From assembly GCF_000026545.1 (NCBI RefSeq), contig NC_011601.1: a stretch of 64,000 nucleotides of DNA; one strand, written 5' to 3'. Shown in pieces: positions 49,870 to 62,233 of the stretch (position 1 is its first letter; each line of letters starts with the position of its first letter). Under the pieces are notes generated by a model. That model made no database searches. It saw only the letters and a list, made by a program, of their open reading frames with translations, and was not told the DNA's origin. The DNA is from Escherichia coli O127:H6 str. E2348/69. Lineage in GTDB: Bacteria > Pseudomonadota > Gammaproteobacteria > Enterobacterales > Enterobacteriaceae. The position numbers and the translations under genes are program-made.

Positions 49870-50076
49870 ATGGAACTCTACAAAGAATATCCTGCATGGC
49901 TTATCTTTTTACGCCGTACTTGTGCGGTTGCAGCGGGCGTTCTGGCGCTGCCTTTCATGCTTTTCTGGAAAGACCGCGCCCGCTTTTATAGCTACCTGCA
50001 CCGCGTCTGGTCGAAAACCAGCGATAAACCGGTGTGGATGGATCAGGCCGAAAAGGCAACCGGTGATTTTTATTGA
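49870..50076 (+). CDS. ybfA: Small membrane protein YbfA (DUF2517)
   Basis: 68-aa [33 protein letters not shown]. Recognised as YbfA. Confidence 0.85.
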   Translation: MELYKEYPAWLIFLRRTCAVAAGVLALPFMLFWKDRARFYSYLHRVWSKTSDKPVWMDQAEKATGDFY

Positions 50077-50103
50077 TTGCTAAACATGACGTTCAAAGAA
50101 AAC

Positions 50104-50136
50104 CGCCAGCGGAGACGCTGGCGATTTTCTTTTTTC
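50104..50136 (+). terminator. Intrinsic terminator after ybfA
   Basis: CGCCAGCG-gaga-CGCTGGCG followed by ATTTTCTTTTTT. Confidence 0.75.
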
Positions 50137-50176
50137 GGCGTCTACACTTACTCCTGTAAACCGTTCAGGAGCAGTA

Positions 50177-50686
50177 ATGAATCAACAACTTTTTGATGAC
50201 AGCACCCTTATCCGCATTTTTGCTTTGCATGAGTTACACAATCTCAAAGATCGAGGACTAACGCGCGGGGCGCTTCTCGATTATCACAGCCGCTATAAAC
50301 TCGTCTTTCTGGCGCATTCTCAGCCGGAGTACCGCAAACTTGGCCCGTTTGTGGCTGATATTCACCGGTGGCAAAGTCTGGATGACTATTACAACCAGTA
50401 CCGCCAACGCGTAATTGTTTTGCTTTCTCACCCTGCCAACCGGCGTGATCATACTAACGTTTTGATGCACGTTCAGGGATATTTTCGCCCACATATTGAT
50501 TCCACAGAACGCCAGCAGCTGGCAGCGCTTATCGACAGTTATCGCCGTGGCGAGCAACCGCTTCTTGCGCCGCTGATGCGTATCAAACACTATATGGCGC
50601 TTTATCCTGACGCCTGGCTTTCAGGGCAGCGTTATTTCGAACTTTGGCCGCGTGTGATTAACTTGCGCCATGCAGGAGTTTTATGA
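50177..50686 (+). CDS. ybgA: DUF1722 protein YbgA
   Basis: 169-aa ORF. A 4-nt overlap with phr indicates an operon. Confidence 0.9.
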   Translation: MNQQLFDDSTLIRIFALHELHNLKDRGLTRGALLDYHSRYKLVFLAHSQPEYRKLGPFVADIHRWQSLDDYYNQYRQRVIVLLSHPANRRDHTNVLMHVQGYFRPHIDSTERQQLAALIDSYRRGEQPLLAPLMRIKHYMALYPDAWLSGQRYFELWPRVINLRHAGVL

Positions 50687-52101
50687 CTACCCATCTGGTC
50701 TGGTTTCGCCAGGATTTACGTCAGCACGATAATCTCGCGCTGGCTGCCGCCTGCCGCAATTCGTCTGCGCGCGTGCTGGCGTTGTATATCGCTACACCAC
50801 GCCAGTGGGCGGTGCATAATGTGTCGCCGCGTCAGGCTGAACTTATCAATACACAACTTAATGCGCTGCAAAACGCGCTGGCGGAAAAAGGCATTCCTTT
50901 ATTGTTCCGCGAAGTGGATGACTTTGCCGCCAGCGTCGAAATAGTTAAACAGGTGTGCGCGGAAAATCGTGTTACCCATCTGTTTTATAACTATCAGTAT
51001 GAGGTGAATGAGCGGGCGCGGGATGTGCAGGCTGAGAGGGCGCTGCGTAACGTGGTGTGTGAAGGATTTGACGACGGCGTGATCCTGCCGCCGGGGGCGG
51101 TGATGACTGGCAATCATGAGATGTACAAAGTCTTTACGCCATTTAAAAACGCCTGGCTTAAACGGCTGCGAGAAGGGATGCCGGAGTGCGTCGCTGCGCC
51201 AAAAGTACGTAGTAGCGGATCGATAGATCCCGCGCCATCCATTACGCTGAATTATCCTCGTCAGCCTTTCGATACTGCGCATTTCCCGGTGGAAGAGAAA
51301 GCGGCGATTGCGCAATTACGCCAGTTTTGCCAGAACGGTGCCGGAGAGTATGAGCAACAGCGAGATTTCCCTGCGGTAGAAGGCACCAGCCGTTTGTCCG
51401 CCAGCCTGGCAACGGGCGGGTTATCGCCTCGCCAGTGTTTGCATCGCCTGTTGGCGGAACAGCCGCAGGCGCTGGACGGTGGGGCCGGTAGTATCTGGCT
51501 TAATGAGCTGATCTGGCGCGAGTTTTACCGTCATCTGATAACGTATTACCCCTCGCTGTGTAAACATCGTCCGTTTATTGTCTGGACCGACCGCGTGCAG
51601 TGGCAGAGCAATTCCGCGCATTTAAAGGCCTGGCAGGAAGGCAAAACGGGATACCCGATTGTTGATGCTGCCATGCGTCAGCTTAACAGCACCGGCTGGA
51701 TGCATAACCGGCTACGGATGATTACAGCCAGTTTTTTGGTGAAAGATTTATTGATCGACTGGCGCGAAGGTGAGCGATATTTCATGTCGCAGCTGATTGA
51801 TGGTGATTTGGCAGCCAATAACGGTGGCTGGCAGTGGGCCGCTTCAACCGGAACCGATGCAGCGCCGTATTTTCGTATTTTTAACCCGACAACCCAGGGC
51901 GAGAAATTTGACCGTGAGGGCGAGTTTATCCGCCAGTGGCTACCGGAACTGCGCGATGTGCCAGGGAAAGTGGTGCATGAGCCGTGGAAGTGGGCGCAGA
52001 AAGCAGGTGTGACGCTGGATTATCCGCAACCGATAGTTGATCACAAAGAGGCAAGGCTGCGAACGCTGGCAGCGTACGAAGAAGCGAGGAAAGGAGCCTG
52101 A
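50683..52101 (+). CDS. phr: Deoxyribodipyrimidine photolyase
   Basis: 472-aa MTTHLVWFRQDLRQHDNLALAAA with the FAD-binding C-terminal domain (TGYPIVDAAMRQL...WMHNRLRM). Confidence 0.95.
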   Translation: MTTHLVWFRQDLRQHDNLALAAACRNSSARVLALYIATPRQWAVHNVSPRQAELINTQLNALQNALAEKGIPLLFREVDDFAASVEIVKQVCAENRVTHLFYNYQYEVNERARDVQAERALRNVVCEGFDDGVILPPGAVMTGNHEMYKVFTPFKNAWLKRLREGMPECVAAPKVRSSGSIDPAPSITLNYPRQPFDTAHFPVEEKAAIAQLRQFCQNGAGEYEQQRDFPAVEGTSRLSASLATGGLSPRQCLHRLLAEQPQALDGGAGSIWLNELIWREFYRHLITYYPSLCKHRPFIVWTDRVQWQSNSAHLKAWQEGKTGYPIVDAAMRQLNSTGWMHNRLRMITASFLVKDLLIDWREGERYFMSQLIDGDLAANNGGWQWAASTGTDAAPYFRIFNPTTQGEKFDREGEFIRQWLPELRDVPGKVVHEPWKWAQKAGVTLDYPQPIVDHKEARLRTLAAYEEARKGA

Positions 52102-52128
52102 TAAAACGCAGCGAGCGTTTTATCAGGC
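52096..52128. terminator. 14-bp-stem hairpin between convergent phr and dtpD (no U-tract)
   Basis: GCCTGATAAAACGC-agcga-GCGTTTTATCAGGC. It overlaps the phr stop codon. Confidence 0.45.
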
Positions 52129-52142
52129 ATGGTGCTGGCTTA

Positions 52143-53807
<1,665 letters not shown>

Positions 53808-53894
53808 TTAATATGTCAAAAGATTGGCTATCGACGAACAGGCGAGGTAACGCTATGTTAACGGTGTAGCTATCAGAATACGGAAGGCGCGAAG

Positions 53895-54638
53895 ATGAAA
53901 AACACCGAACTGGAACAACTGATTAACGAAAAACTGAACAGCGCGGCGATTAGTGATTACGCGCCGAATGGTTTGCAGGTGGAAGGCAAAGAGACAGTGC
54001 AAAAAATTGTTACCGGTGTCACTGCCAGCCAGGCTTTGCTCGATGAGGCAGTGCGTTTGGGCGCGGATGCGGTCATTGTACATCATGGCTACTTCTGGAA
54101 AGGTGAATCTCCGGTCATTCGCGGAATGAAGCGTAACCGTTTAAAAACGTTGCTGGCGAATGATATCAACCTGTATGGCTGGCATTTGCCGCTTGACGCA
54201 CATCCTGAGCTGGGCAATAACGCACAGCTGGCGGCGTTACTGGGGATCACGGTCATGGGCGAAATTGAGCCGTTGGTGCCGTGGGGCGAACTGACCATGC
54301 CTGTGCCGGGACTGGAACTGGCCTCCTGGATTGAAGCGCGTCTGGGACGTAAGCCGTTATGGTGTGGCGATACCGGGCCTGAGGTGGTTCAGCGCGTCGC
54401 CTGGTGCACGGGGGGCGGGCAAAGTTTTATCGATAGCGCCGCGCGTTTTGGCGTGGATGCTTTTATTACTGGCGAAGTTTCTGAACAGACCATTCATTCA
54501 GCCCGCGAGCAGGGATTGCATTTTTATGCTGCGGGTCACCATGCCACTGAACGCGGTGGTATTCGCGCATTGAGCGAGTGGCTGAATGAAAATACCGATC
54601 TTGATGTGACCTTTATTGATATTCCTAATCCTGCATAA
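53895..54638 (+). CDS. ybgI: NIF3-family dinuclear-metal protein YbgI
   Basis: 247-aa MKNTELEQLINEKLNSAAISDYAPNGLQVEG. Recognised as YbgI. Confidence 0.93.
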   Translation: MKNTELEQLINEKLNSAAISDYAPNGLQVEGKETVQKIVTGVTASQALLDEAVRLGADAVIVHHGYFWKGESPVIRGMKRNRLKTLLANDINLYGWHLPLDAHPELGNNAQLAALLGITVMGEIEPLVPWGELTMPVPGLELASWIEARLGRKPLWCGDTGPEVVQRVAWCTGGGQSFIDSAARFGVDAFITGEVSEQTIHSAREQGLHFYAAGHHATERGGIRALSEWLNENTDLDVTFIDIPNPA

Positions 54639-54660
54639 CGAATAATCAGAGGGATCGAAA

Positions 54661-55317
54661 GTGCAACGAGCGCGTTGTTATCTGATAGGTGAAACGGCGG
54701 TAGTACTGGAACTGGAACCGCCGGTGACGCTGGCCAGCCAGAAACGGATCTGGCGACTGGCACAGCGTCTGGTGGATATGCCGAATGTGGTTGAAGCCAT
54801 TCCTGGCATGAACAATATCACGGTGATTTTGCGTAATCCTGAGTCGCTGGCGCTGGATGCCATAGAGCGTTTGCAACGCTGGTGGGAGGAGAGTGAGGCG
54901 CTGGAGCCGGAGTCTCGCTTTATTGAAATTCCGGTAGTTTACGGTGGCGCAGCCGGACCGGATTTGGCGGTGGTCGCGGCGCATTGTGGATTGAGCGAAA
55001 AACAGGTTGTTGAATTGCACTCCTCCGTGGAATACGTGGTCTGGTTTTTAGGCTTTCAACCGGGCTTCCCGTATCTCGGGAGTTTGCCGGAACAACTACA
55101 CACGCCACGGCGCGCTGAACCGCGCTTGCACGTTCCGGCAGGTTCTGTCGGGATCGGCGGGCCGCAGACCGGTGTTTATCCGCTGGCAACGCCGGGTGGC
55201 TGGCAGTTGATTGGTCATACCTCACTCAGCCTGTTTGATCCGGCGTGTGACGAACCCATCTTATTACGTCCGGGAGACAGCGTGCGCTTTGTACCCCAGA
55301 AGGAGGGAGTATGCTGA
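54661..55317 (+). CDS. pxpB: 5-oxoprolinase (ATP-hydrolysing) subunit B
   Basis: 218 aa with a GTG start. Formerly YbgJ. It overlaps pxpC. Confidence 0.9.
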   Translation: MQRARCYLIGETAVVLELEPPVTLASQKRIWRLAQRLVDMPNVVEAIPGMNNITVILRNPESLALDAIERLQRWWEESEALEPESRFIEIPVVYGGAAGPDLAVVAAHCGLSEKQVVELHSSVEYVVWFLGFQPGFPYLGSLPEQLHTPRRAEPRLHVPAGSVGIGGPQTGVYPLATPGGWQLIGHTSLSLFDPACDEPILLRPGDSVRFVPQKEGVC

Positions 55318-56243
55318 AGATTATTCGTGCGGGCATGTATACCACTGTGCAGGATGGCAGTCGTCACGGTTTTCGCCAGTCGGGTATCAGCCACTGCGGC
55401 GCACTGGATATGCCTGCGCTGCGCATTGCTAACCTGCTGGTGGGTAATGACGCCAACGCCCCCGCGCTGGAGATCACGCTCGGTCAGTTAACGGTTGAGT
55501 TCGAAACTGATGGGTGGTTTGCCCTGACGGGGGCTGGTTGCGAAGCGCGGCTGGATGATAACGCCGTCTGGACCGGCTGGCGATTGCCAATGAGAGCAGG
55601 CCAGCGTTTAACGCTTAAACGCCCGCAGCACGGGATGCGCAGTTATCTGGCGGTCGCGGGTGGTATTGATGTTCCGCCGGTAATGGGATCATGCAGCACC
55701 GATCTCAAAGTGGGGATTGGCGGGTTGGAAGGCCGTTTACTGAGGGATGGTGACCGACTCCCGATTGGCAAAGCGAAGCGTGATTTTATGGAAGCGCAGG
55801 GCGTTAAACAGCTGCTGTGGGGCAACCGCATTCGCGCCTTGCCGGGGCCGGAATATCATGAGTTCGATCGCGCCTCGCAGGATGCATTCTGGCGTTCGCC
55901 CTGGCAGCTTAGCTCGCAAAGTAACCGGATGGGCTATCGCTTACAGGGGCAAATTTTAAAACGCACCACCGATCGCGAACTGTTATCTCACGGTTTGTTA
56001 CCAGGTGTGGTGCAGGTGCCGCATAACGGGCAGCCCATTGTGTTGATGAACGATGCGCAAACCACCGGTGGTTACCCGCGTATTGCCTGTATCATTGAGG
56101 CTGATATGTACCATCTGGCGCAAATTCCGCTCGGTCAGCCGATTCATTTTGTCCAGTGTTCACTGGAAGAGGCACTGAAAGCACGGCAAGATCAACAACG
56201 TTATTTCGAACAATTAGCGTGGCGGCTGCACAATGAAAATTGA
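55311..56243 (+). CDS. pxpC: 5-oxoprolinase subunit C
   Basis: 310 aa. Formerly YbgK. It overlaps pxpA by 11 nt. Confidence 0.9.
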
Positions 56244-56967
56244 CCTGAACGCCGATCTGGGCGAAGGCTGCGCCAGCGACGCAGAGCTATTAACGCTGGT
56301 TTCCTCTGCCAATATTGCCTGTGGATTTCATGCAGGCGATGCGCAAACCATGCAGGCTTGCGTGCGTGAAGCAATAAAAAACGGTGTCGCGATTGGCGCG
56401 CACCCGAGTTTTCCCGACAGGGAAAATTTTGGTCGCAGCGCCATGCAGCTGCCGCCAGAAACCGTTTTCGCCCAGACGCTGTATCAAATTGGCGCGCTGG
56501 CAGCGATTACCCGTGCGCAAGGCGGCGTAATGTGTCATGTCAAACCGCACGGCATGTTATACAACCAGGCGGCGAAAGAGGCACAACTGGCAGACGCCAT
56601 CGCCAGAGCGGTATACGCTTGCGATCCGGCATTGATTCTCGTCGGGCTGGCAGGAAGCGAGCTGATTCGTGCAGGCGAACGATATGGCCTGGTAACGCGC
56701 GAGGAAGTGTTTGCCGATCGCGGTTATCAGGCAGACGGTTCGCTGGTGCCGCGAAGCCAGCCAGGCGCGTTGATTGAAAACGAAGAACAGGCGCTGGCGC
56801 AAACGTTGGAGATGGTGCAATACGGCAGAGTCAAAAGTATCACCGGCGAATGGGCAATGGTCACGGCGCAAACGGTCTGCCTACATGGCGATGGCGAGCA
56901 CGCACTGGCGTTCGCCCGCCGATTACGAGCTACATTTGCTGAAAAGGGGATTGTTGTCGCAGCATAA
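56233..56967 (+). CDS. pxpA: 5-oxoprolinase subunit A (LamB/YcsF family)
   Basis: 244-aa [36 protein letters not shown]. Formerly YbgL. Confidence 0.92.
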
Positions 56968-57002
56968 CCCCGCTTAATAAAGAATGAAAAAAGGATATCA
57001 CC

Positions 57003-57794
57003 ATGCCTGAAGGCCCGGAGATCCGCCGTGCAGCGGATAACCTGGAGGCGGCGATCAAAGGCAAACCACTAACTGATGTCTGGTTTGCCTTCCCGCAGTT
57101 AAAATCTTATCAATCACGACTTATCGGTCAACACGTTACCCATGTGGAAACGCGTGGTAAGGCGTTGTTAACTCATTTTTCCAACGACTTAACGCTCTAC
57201 AGCCATAATCAGCTTTACGGCGTCTGGCGCGTGGTTGATACCGGCGAAGAGCCGCAGACCACGCGAGTACTGCGGGTAAAACTGCAAACGGCTGACAAAA
57301 CCATTCTGCTTTATAGCGCCTCGGATATTGAGATGTTGACCCCGGAACAATTGACCACGCATCCGTTTTTACAACGCGTTGGTCACGATGTGCTGGATCC
57401 GAATCTGACGCCGGAGGTGGTAAAGGAACGATTATTGTCGCCGCGCTTTCGTAACCGTCAGTTTGCTGGATTACTGCTCGATCAGGCGTTTCTGGCAGGA
57501 CTTGGCAATTATTTGCGGGTGGAGATCCTCTGGCAGGTTGGGTTGACCGGAAATCATAAAGCGAAAGATCTCAATGCGGCGCAACTGGATGCACTCGCAC
57601 ACGCGTTACTGGATATTCCGCGACTTTCTTACGCTACGCGGGGCCAGGTGGATGAAAACAAATATCATGGGGCGCTGTTTCGCTTTAAGGTTTTTCATCG
57701 TGATGGCGAACCGTGCGAACGCTGTGGCGGCATCATTGAGAAAACCACGCTGTCATCGCGCCCGTTTTACTGGTGCCCTGGCTGCCAGCACTAG
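57003..57794 (+). CDS. nei: Endonuclease VIII (Fpg/Nei DNA glycosylase)
   Basis: 263-aa [21 protein letters not shown] with an N-terminal Pro nucleophile and a C-terminal zinc finger CERCGG...WCPGCQ. Confidence 0.95.
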   Translation: MPEGPEIRRAADNLEAAIKGKPLTDVWFAFPQLKSYQSRLIGQHVTHVETRGKALLTHFSNDLTLYSHNQLYGVWRVVDTGEEPQTTRVLRVKLQTADKTILLYSASDIEMLTPEQLTTHPFLQRVGHDVLDPNLTPEVVKERLLSPRFRNRQFAGLLLDQAFLAGLGNYLRVEILWQVGLTGNHKAKDLNAAQLDALAHALLDIPRLSYATRGQVDENKYHGALFRFKVFHRDGEPCERCGGIIEKTTLSSRPFYWCPGCQH

Positions 57795-58837
57795 GCCGAA
57801 CGCTTCGGCGCATAGGTTGAAATAAACCGTGCGATGGCAGGCCCCGTCAGCAAAATACTGAACAGGCGCAGGGTTTGCATCGCCATTATGAGCGCCATAT
57901 CGGCATTGCTCCCTGCGGCGATGACCGCCACGGTATCAAGCCCGCCGGGGCTGGTGGCGAGGTAGGCGGTCATAAAATCAATATGCATAAACCGGGTCAG
58001 CCCCCACGCCATACCCGCACAAATAGCCAGCAGAGCAAAAATCGACAGCAGGATTTGCGGTAGCGGGCGCAATGCCCGCAGTAATATTTGCTTATCGAAA
58101 CCAAGACCAATCCGCCAGCCAATTGCCATATATGCCATCGCCAGCAGCCATTCCGGGAGTTCGATGGTGATGAGCTGACCAGACTGGAGCACTGCGCCCG
58201 CCAGCATCGGGATGAGCATCGTGCCGGAAGGAAGACGTAGCAAGCATCCCGCCGTACCGGCAACGACCGCGAGCAAAATCGTAAGCAGGAGATTAATGCT
58301 CACTGGCGGGAACCAGACGATCTGCTGGTTAACCGCTTCAGCGTTATCGCCCAGCATCATGCGGGTGACCAGAACAGCGGCCCCCGCGACGAACAGCACT
58401 CGCAGATATTGCATAAACGCCACCAGGCGAATATCTGCGCCGTAATCTTGCGCCATAGCGACCATTGCCGCCGCGCCGCCAGGAGAAGAACCCCAGGCAC
58501 CGGTATTTCCAGGCAGTGAGCTATAGCGCACCAATAACCAACCCACGATGGCGCTGGAAAGCAGCGTCACCAGTAAAATCGCAAGCACGATCGGCCAGTT
58601 GACGGCCAGCGTGGTGAGAATCGAACCAGTGAGGTTTTGTGCAATCATGCAGCCAAGAATGGCTTGGGCAGCGAGAAAAGCGGAGCGGGGAAGTTGCAGA
58701 GTGACTCCGCGCATACTGAAGATGATCCCCGCGATCATCGGGCCAAGCAGGAGTGCCGCCGGGAGATGTAAAGCGAGGAAGCCAATAGAAAGGAGAAGTG
58801 ACAGAACACATAACATTCCCCACTGCAATACAGGCAT
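57791..58837 (-). CDS. abrB: AbrB (AidB regulator-like) membrane protein
   Basis: The track ORF is trimmed to the ATG at 58837, giving the 348-aa [25 protein letters not shown] protein. It is a duplicated multi-TM protein. Confidence 0.88.
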   Translation of the reverse strand: MPVLQWGMLCVLSLLLSIGFLALHLPAALLLGPMIAGIIFSMRGVTLQLPRSAFLAAQAILGCMIAQNLTGSILTTLAVNWPIVLAILLVTLLSSAIVGWLLVRYSSLPGNTGAWGSSPGGAAAMVAMAQDYGADIRLVAFMQYLRVLFVAGAAVLVTRMMLGDNAEAVNQQIVWFPPVSINLLLTILLAVVAGTAGCLLRLPSGTMLIPMLAGAVLQSGQLITIELPEWLLAMAYMAIGWRIGLGFDKQILLRALRPLPQILLSIFALLAICAGMAWGLTRFMHIDFMTAYLATSPGGLDTVAVIAAGSNADMALIMAMQTLRLFSILLTGPAIARFISTYAPKRSA

Positions 58838-58988
58838 TCTTCGCTTCCTCATTATTTTATCTTTGGTGTATCGATACAGCATAAAGAAAGCTGGGTCTGG
58901 AAAAAATAACGGTAATCAAGGAAAAGGGGAAAATCAGCAATAATCTGAATACGTTGCCCTTTCCGGCTGAAAAGGGCGTCGTGTTAAA

Positions 58989-59387
58989 TCAGTTATAGTT
59001 AATCTTAAAAAGTACCACTGTATCGAAGGGACCCACCGCGATGGGAGTGCCAGGTGTGGACGATAATTCAGCCGTATAGATTTTTTCGTAGATCAGCATA
59101 TCACTGGTGAAATCGGCGTATTAAGCATATTTATTGAATGTATAAGGCGAGGCGTTTTCATCCAGTATACGTAGCTTCAGACCATTACCAATCAACAATG
59201 CTTTATCTTCTTCAACCAACGTTTTTTCGGTATAAAACGAGGAGCTGACCTTAAATCCGTCGGTACACTGGTCATTTTGCGATTTTGTTGTCTTGATACT
59301 GAATGTTTTCGACATTGTGTGGCGGCGAATATCCAGTAAGTTAAATTTACCCAAATCAATCACCAGTGTTTCCGGTGAAATATTTTT
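58989..59387 (-). pseudogene. 3' remnant of a chaperone-usher fimbrial subunit/adhesin gene (probably ybgO-like), 5'-truncated and carrying an in-frame TAA
   Basis: A single minus-strand frame reads KNISPETLVIDLGKF...ASPYTFNKYA, then TAA, then YADFTSDMLIYEKIYTAELSSTPGTPIAVGPFDTVVLFKINYN, then stop. The C-terminal F-x-I-x-Y motif is typical of pilin-domain donor-strand acceptors. No start, signal peptide, chaperone gene or usher gene is present. Confidence 0.55.
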
Positions 59388-59451
59388 TCACCATTATTAA
59401 TGGGTATTTGCATCTGGTTTAATTTTTACAATTTTTTATGTTCAGCCATAT

Positions 59452-59482
59452 AAAAAGAACCCGCTCTATTAAAGGCGGGTCC
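59452..59482 (-). terminator. Intrinsic terminator of gltA
   Basis: The minus strand reads ACCCGC-ctttaataga-GCGGGT followed by TCTTTTTATAT. Confidence 0.65.
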
Positions 59483-59510
59483 GGAAAGTGAACGGCTTAG
59501 CAATCAACCA

Positions 59511-60794
59511 TTAACGCTTGATATCGCTTTTAAAGTCGCGTTTTTCATATCCTGTATACAGCTGACGCGGACGGGCAATCTTCATACCGTCACTGTGCAT
59601 TTCGCTCCAGTGGGCGATCCAGCCAACCGTACGTGCCATAGCGAAGATCACGGTGAACATAGAAGACGGAATACCCATCGCTTTCAGGATGATACCAGAG
59701 TAGAAATCGACGTTCGGGTACAGTTTTTTCTCGATAAAGTACGGGTCGTTCAGCGCGATGTTTTCCAGCTCCATAGCCACTTCCAGCAGGTCATCTTTGG
59801 TGCCCAGCTCTTTCAGCACTTCATGGCAGGTTTCACGCATTACGGTGGCGCGCGGGTCGTAGTTTTTGTACACGCGATGACCGAAGCCCATCAGGCGGAA
59901 AGAATCATTTTTGTCTTTCGCACGACGAACAAATTCCGGAATGTGTTTAACGGAGCTGATTTCTTCCAGCATTTTCAGCGCCGCTTCGTTAGCACCACCG
60001 TGCGCAGGTCCCCACAGTGAAGCAATACCTGCTGCGATACAGGCAAACGGGTTCGCACCCGAAGAGCCAGCGGTACGCACGGTGGAGGTGGAGGCGTTCT
60101 GTTCATGGTCAGCGTGCAGGATCAGAATACGGTCCATAGCACGTTCCAGAATCGGATTAACTTCATACGGTTCGCACGGCGTGGAGAACATCATATTCAG
60201 GAAGTTACCGGCGTAGGAGAGATCGTTGCGCGGGTAAACAAATGGCTGACCAATGGAATACTTGTAACACATCGCGGCCATGGTCGGCATTTTTGACAGC
60301 AGGCGGAACGCGGCAATTTCACGATGACGAGGATTGTTAACATCCAGCGAGTCGTGATAGAACGCTGCCAGCGCGCCGGTAATACCACACATGACTGCCA
60401 TTGGATGCGAGTCGCGACGGAAAGCATGGAACAGACGGGTAATCTGCTCGTGGATCATAGTATGGCGGGTCACCGTAGTTTTAAATTCGTCATACTGTTC
60501 CTGAGTCGGTTTTTCACCATTCAGCAGGATGTAACAAACTTCCAGGTAGTTAGAATCGGTCGCCAGCTGATCGATCGGGAAACCGCGGTGCAGCAAAATA
60601 CCTTCATCACCATCAATAAAAGTAATTTTAGATTCGCAGGATGCGGTTGAAGTGAAGCCTGGGTCAAAGGTGAACACACCTTTTGAACCGAGAGTACGGA
60701 TATCAATAACATCTTGACCCAGCGTGCCTTTCAGCACATCCAGTTCAACAGCTGTGTCCCCGTTGAGGGTGAGTTTTGCTTTTGTATCAGCCAT
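59511..60794 (-). CDS. gltA: Citrate synthase (type II)
   Basis: 427-aa [36 protein letters not shown]. Recognised as GltA. Confidence 0.97.
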   Translation of the reverse strand: MADTKAKLTLNGDTAVELDVLKGTLGQDVIDIRTLGSKGVFTFDPGFTSTASCESKITFIDGDEGILLHRGFPIDQLATDSNYLEVCYILLNGEKPTQEQYDEFKTTVTRHTMIHEQITRLFHAFRRDSHPMAVMCGITGALAAFYHDSLDVNNPRHREIAAFRLLSKMPTMAAMCYKYSIGQPFVYPRNDLSYAGNFLNMMFSTPCEPYEVNPILERAMDRILILHADHEQNASTSTVRTAGSSGANPFACIAAGIASLWGPAHGGANEAALKMLEEISSVKHIPEFVRRAKDKNDSFRLMGFGHRVYKNYDPRATVMRETCHEVLKELGTKDDLLEVAMELENIALNDPYFIEKKLYPNVDFYSGIILKAMGIPSSMFTVIFAMARTVGWIAHWSEMHSDGMKIARPRQLYTGYEKRDFKSDIKR

Positions 60795-61245
60795 TTAAGG
60801 TCTCCTTAGCGCCTTATTGCGTAAGACTGCCGGAACTTAAATTTGCCTTCGCACATCAACCTGGCTTTACCCGTTTGTTATTTGGCTCGCCGCTCTGTGA
60901 AAGAGGGGAAAACCTGGGTACAGAGCTCTGGGCGCTTGCAGGTAAAGGATTTATTGATGACGAATAAATGGCGAATCAAGTACTTAGCAATCCGAATTAT
61001 TAAACTTGTCTACCACTAATAACTGTCCCGAATGAATTGGTCAATACTTCCACACTGTTACATAAGTTAATCTTAGGTGAAATACCGACTTCATAACTTT
61101 TACGCATTATATGCTTTTCCTGGTAATGTTTGTAACAACTTTGTTGAATGATTGTCAAATTAGATGATTAAAAATTAAATAAATGTTGTTATCGTGACGC
61201 AGATCACTGTTCGGGATAAAAACCGACAAACTATATGTAGGTTAA

Positions 61246-61274
61246 TTGTAATGATTTTGTGAACAGCCTATACT
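61246..61274 (+). promoter_or_regulatory. Candidate sdhCDAB promoter
   Basis: TTGTAA, a 17-nt spacer, then TATACT. This would give a leader of about 220 nt to the sdhC ATG, consistent with the long sdhC 5' UTR I remember. Confidence 0.5.
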
Positions 61275-61502
61275 GCCGCCAGGTCTCCGGAACACCCTGC
61301 AATCCCGAGCCACCCAGCGTTGTAACGTGTCGTTTTCGCATCTGGAAGCAGTGTTTTGCATGACGCGCAGTTATAGAAAGGACGCTGTCTGACCCGCAAG
61401 CAGACCGGAGGAAGGAAATCCCGACGTCTCCTGGTAACAGAAAGTTAACCTCTGTGCCCGTAGTCCCCAGGGAATAATAAGAACAGCATGTGGGCGTTAT
61501 TC

Positions 61503-61892
61503 ATGATAAGAAATGTGAAAAAACAAAGACCTGTTAATCTGGACCTACAGACCATCCGGTTCCCCGTCACGGCGATAGCGTCCATTCTCCATCGCGTTTC
61601 CGGTGTGATCACCTTTGTTGCAGTGGGCATCCTGCTGTGGCTTCTGGGTACCAGCCTCTCTTCCCCTGAAGGTTTCGAGCAAGCTTCCGCGATTATGGGC
61701 AGCTTCTTCGTCAAATTTATCATGTGGGGCATCCTTACCGCTCTGGCATATCACGTCGTCGTAGGTATTCGCCACATGATGATGGATTTTGGCTATCTGG
61801 AAGAAACATTCGAAGCGGGTAAACGCTCCGCCAAAATCTCCTTTGTTATTACTGTCGTGTTTTCACTTCTCGCAGGAGTCCTCGTATGGTAA
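61503..61892 (+). CDS. sdhC: Succinate dehydrogenase cytochrome b556 large membrane subunit
   Basis: The track ORF is trimmed to the ATG at 61503, giving the 129-aa [21 protein letters not shown] protein. Confidence 0.95.
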
Positions 61893-62233
61893 GCAACGCC
61901 TCCGCATTAGGACGCAATGGCGTACATGATTTCATCCTCGTTCGTGCTACCGCTATCGTCCTGACGCTCTACATCATTTATATGGTCGGTTTTTTCGCTA
62001 CCAGTGGCGAACTGACATATGAAGTCTGGATTGGTTTCTTCGCCTCTGCGTTCACCAAAGTGTTCACCCTGCTGGCGCTGTTTTCTATCTTGATCCATGC
62101 CTGGATCGGCATGTGGCAGGTGTTGACCGACTACGTTAAACCGCTGGCCTTGCGCCTGATGCTGCAACTGGTGATTGTCGTTGCACTGGTGGTTTACGTG
62201 ATTTATGGATTCGTTGTGGTGTGGGGTGTGTGA
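61886..62233 (+). CDS. sdhD: Succinate dehydrogenase hydrophobic membrane anchor subunit
   Basis: 115-aa [37 protein letters not shown]. It overlaps sdhC by 7 nt. Confidence 0.95.

Noticed and set aside
49767-49991. 74-aa ORF upstream of and overlapping ybfA in another frame
   Set aside because: The 68-aa frame starting at 49870 gives the recognised YbfA sequence. The alternative frame has no support.
59121-59363. 80-aa ORF (GTG start) treated as an intact gene
   Set aside because: The same frame continues on both sides: 8 codons upstream, and 43 codons beyond an in-frame TAA to a pilin-like C-terminus. It is therefore a fragment of a decayed fimbrial gene and is reported as a pseudogene instead.
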